A DNA stretch of 59,822 nt, filler included. It is 4 parts of 4 records of this genome, joined end to end, with 100 filler letters (N's around TTAATTAATTAA, not from the genome) between each part and the next. Parts side by side here need not be neighbours in the genome. Positions count along the whole stretch, not along the records: positions 42,241 to 59,822 come from SRR22947727_2308; 3 more parts are not named here. One strand, 5' to 3'. The translations under genes and the position numbers were made by a program. Position 1 is the stretch's first letter. Each line of letters opens with the position of its first letter. Below are positions 57,819 through 59,822 of the stretch, one piece after another. The notes beneath the pieces were generated by a model. It saw only the letters and a list, made by a program, of their open reading frames with translations. It was not told the DNA's origin and made no database searches.

Positions 57819-59106
57819 TTAATATCCTCCTCATTATGGCACCTACATCATCAGTTTCTTCTATTTTAAGTAATTCCTGTACAAGTTCATCATCATGTTC
57901 CAAATTTGAATTTTGATAAAATTTCTCCAATATAGAATCTGAATTTAATATTGAGTTTGATGAATTTTTTTCCTCAAAAGTTTTTACTTCTCCATTTTTA
58001 AATTTAATTTCAATTTTACCCTGAATGCTTGCTGCAGTTTGGGTGTGTTCGAAATCTAAAACCTCTATCTTTTTGATGAGATCTTGAATTGCATCATTTT
58101 TAATATGTACCTCATCAAAACTATCTACAGTTAACTCTTTTTTTAACATAAATGAAGCAAGAGACCAGTAAATATTGAATTTTGCTTCGTAAGGTGTTCT
58201 TGGATTTAATTTATTTTTGGCGACGATATCATAACTATCTTTGGGTAAATGTATTATAATTTTTTCAATTCCTGAGATTTCAAGATTATTGATTATTTGT
58301 GAAGCAAGTCTTATAGTCGAGATGCTTAACTGACATATTGGATATGGTTTAAAACTTACATTATTAATTTCCCAATTTTTATCACTTAGATCAAAAACCT
58401 TATCTTTTATGTTTATATTTGAATATAAATTGTAGATGCCATTTTTATCTTCAAATATGTTACTTGATCCTGTAACTCCAAGATTCACCAACTCGGCTGC
58501 ATTACAACCGCTGAAAGATGCCCAACCTGGGTGGACAATTTTTGTGTTGTCTCCATTTTTTAAAAAAGATAAATTTCCAGAACAAAAACTTCCTGCAATA
58601 CCTATTGAGTTAACTAGAGATATTTTTGAAAATTTGTTTAAATATCCATATATTAGAGCTGATGAAAATACTCCCACAACCGATGTCGCATGAAAGCCTT
58701 TTTTATGAAATAGATGCTTTTCTATGCTTGCCAGATGTACGGCAAGGTCCACTCCTATAACCAGTGCGGTTAAGAAATCTTCTCCATTAATTTTTTTGTT
58801 AAAAGAGGAGTATATCGCAGCTGGAACAGTTATAGCTCCAGTGTGAATTAATGCATCATAATGCGTGTCATCAAAATCCAAGCTATGTATCAACATACCA
58901 AGATAAAGTGGGCTCATCCTATTATTGTCACCAAGATTGTTAGCCATGTTTTGATTCAGTTCTGCATTCCCACCGGTTCTTATTGATGCAATTATATTTC
59001 CCAATGAATCAATCAAGAGATTTTTAGCAGCTTCCAAGTTTTCACTTTGTAGATTTTTATACTGAATGGAAGAGTACTTATCAACAAAATTTTCTGAAAT
59101 TGTCAT
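57796..59106 (-). CDS. MmgE/PrpD family protein
   Basis: HSLDFDDTH....HTG, GFHATSV, KIVHPG, FKPYP.C, AKF. Confidence 0.9.
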   Translation of the reverse strand: MTISENFVDKYSSIQYKNLQSENLEAAKNLLIDSLGNIIASIRTGGNAELNQNMANNLGDNNRMSPLYLGMLIHSLDFDDTHYDALIHTGAITVPAAIYSSFNKKINGEDFLTALVIGVDLAVHLASIEKHLFHKKGFHATSVVGVFSSALIYGYLNKFSKISLVNSIGIAGSFCSGNLSFLKNGDNTKIVHPGWASFSGCNAAELVNLGVTGSSNIFEDKNGIYNLYSNINIKDKVFDLSDKNWEINNVSFKPYPICQLSISTIRLASQIINNLEISGIEKIIIHLPKDSYDIVAKNKLNPRTPYEAKFNIYWSLASFMLKKELTVDSFDEVHIKNDAIQDLIKKIEVLDFEHTQTAASIQGKIEIKFKNGEVKTFEEKNSSNSILNSDSILEKFYQNSNLEHDDELVQELLKIEETDDVGAIMRRILNEQITKY

Positions 59107-59109
59107 CTT

Positions 59110-59822
59110 TTAAGTGATTACGCCATTATCTTTTAAACGCTGAATCTCTTCTTCTGAATAGTTCAGCCTATCCCTGAGAATGTTTTCTGTATGTTCGTTA
59201 TACATAGGTGCTCGCTTAATATCTTTTTTATTTTCTTTTCCCACATTTACGGGACTCAGTACTTGCTTGACCTTTCCAAGCTCAGGATGTTCATACTCAA
59301 AAAACATTTCTCTTGATATTGCGTGTTCGTCATCAAATACATCTTTAAGGCTATTAATTGGGCCTGAAGGAATCTGCTTATCTTTTAAAAGTTCTAACCA
59401 TTCACCTGCTTTTTTTTGAGAAAATATTTCGTCAAGTATTGTGATTAATTCTTTTTTATTATCGAACCTCAGTGAAAAATTACTAAATTTTTCGTCTTTA
59501 AGTCTTTCGTCTTCTAGTAAGTCTCGTAGTCTTTCCCAAAATTTTTCCTTCGCACATCCAACGACAAACCAGTCATCCTCACCTTTGAATAGTTGAAATG
59601 GAACTAGAGAAGGATGTGATGATCTTGAAGATCTTTCAACTTCATATTCTTTGCTAAGCCACCAAGTTGCAGGATAGGTCAATAGAGATAAAGCTGTGTC
59701 GTATAAACTTAGATCACAATCCATTCCTTCGCCGGTACGTCTTGCAGAATGCACTCCTGCAAGAATTGCAATAGAAGCTATCAAGCCTCCGGAGTAGTCT
59801 ACTAATGAAAGACCAGATTTTG
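59110..59822 (-). CDS. CaiB/BaiF class III CoA-transferase (5'-truncated)
   Basis: SLVDYSGG, DLSLYD, HPSLVPFQLF, APMYNEHT. Confidence 0.88.
   Translation of the reverse strand, partial: KSGLSLVDYSGGLIASIAILAGVHSARRTGEGMDCDLSLYDTALSLLTYPATWWLSKEYEVERSSRSSHPSLVPFQLFKGEDDWFVVGCAKEKFWERLRDLLEDERLKDEKFSNFSLRFDNKKELITILDEIFSQKKAGEWLELLKDKQIPSGPINSLKDVFDDEHAISREMFFEYEHPELGKVKQVLSPVNVGKENKKDIKRAPMYNEHTENILRDRLNYSEEEIQRLKDNGVIT

Overview
The window is not one locus. It is four unrelated low-GC contigs joined by artificial 100-nt spacers (N44-TTAATTAATTAA-N44 at 13030-13129, 34583-34682 and 42141-42240). (1) 1-13029 is the head/neck/fibre module of a T4-superfamily ('Far-T4'/RM378-like) phage: gp21 protease, acidic scaffold, gp23 capsid, phoH, gp13/14/15-like genes and a collagen-like fibre. 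It has SD-less A-rich starts, a recurring TA(T/G)TATA promoter-like motif and two candidate structured RNA leaders. (2) 13130-34582 is core chromosome of a streamlined low-GC actinobacterium (Ca. Actinomarina-like): pyrH/tsf/rpsB, xerC, lepB, rplS, trmD, cofG/cofH, two tandem gap genes (one lacking the catalytic Cys), rimM/khpA/rpsP, upp/deoB, etfBA, cdd and a short, apparently hinge-less smc. (3) 34683-42140 is a streamlined alphaproteobacterial (Pelagibacterales-like) fragment: an alpha2-type GlyRS at the usual glyQ/glyS position, S49 peptidase, ispB, aroC, ispA, xseB. (4) 42241-59822 is an uncharacterised CoA-dependent catabolic gene cluster: peptide-type ABC transporter, CoA ligase, CaiB transferase, PrpD, three-domain Rid protein, MaoC pair, Cys-less thiolase with DUF35 partner, CitE, ACAD and a UGSC-like redox pair. 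The strongest leads are the pseudo-GAPDH/GAPDH pair, the phage three-way-junction RNA leader upstream of a WKKV-motif fibre gene, the hinge-less SMC, the non-AUG lepB and the in-situ GlyRS displacement. All family and taxon calls come from motif recognition by eye; no database searches were run.
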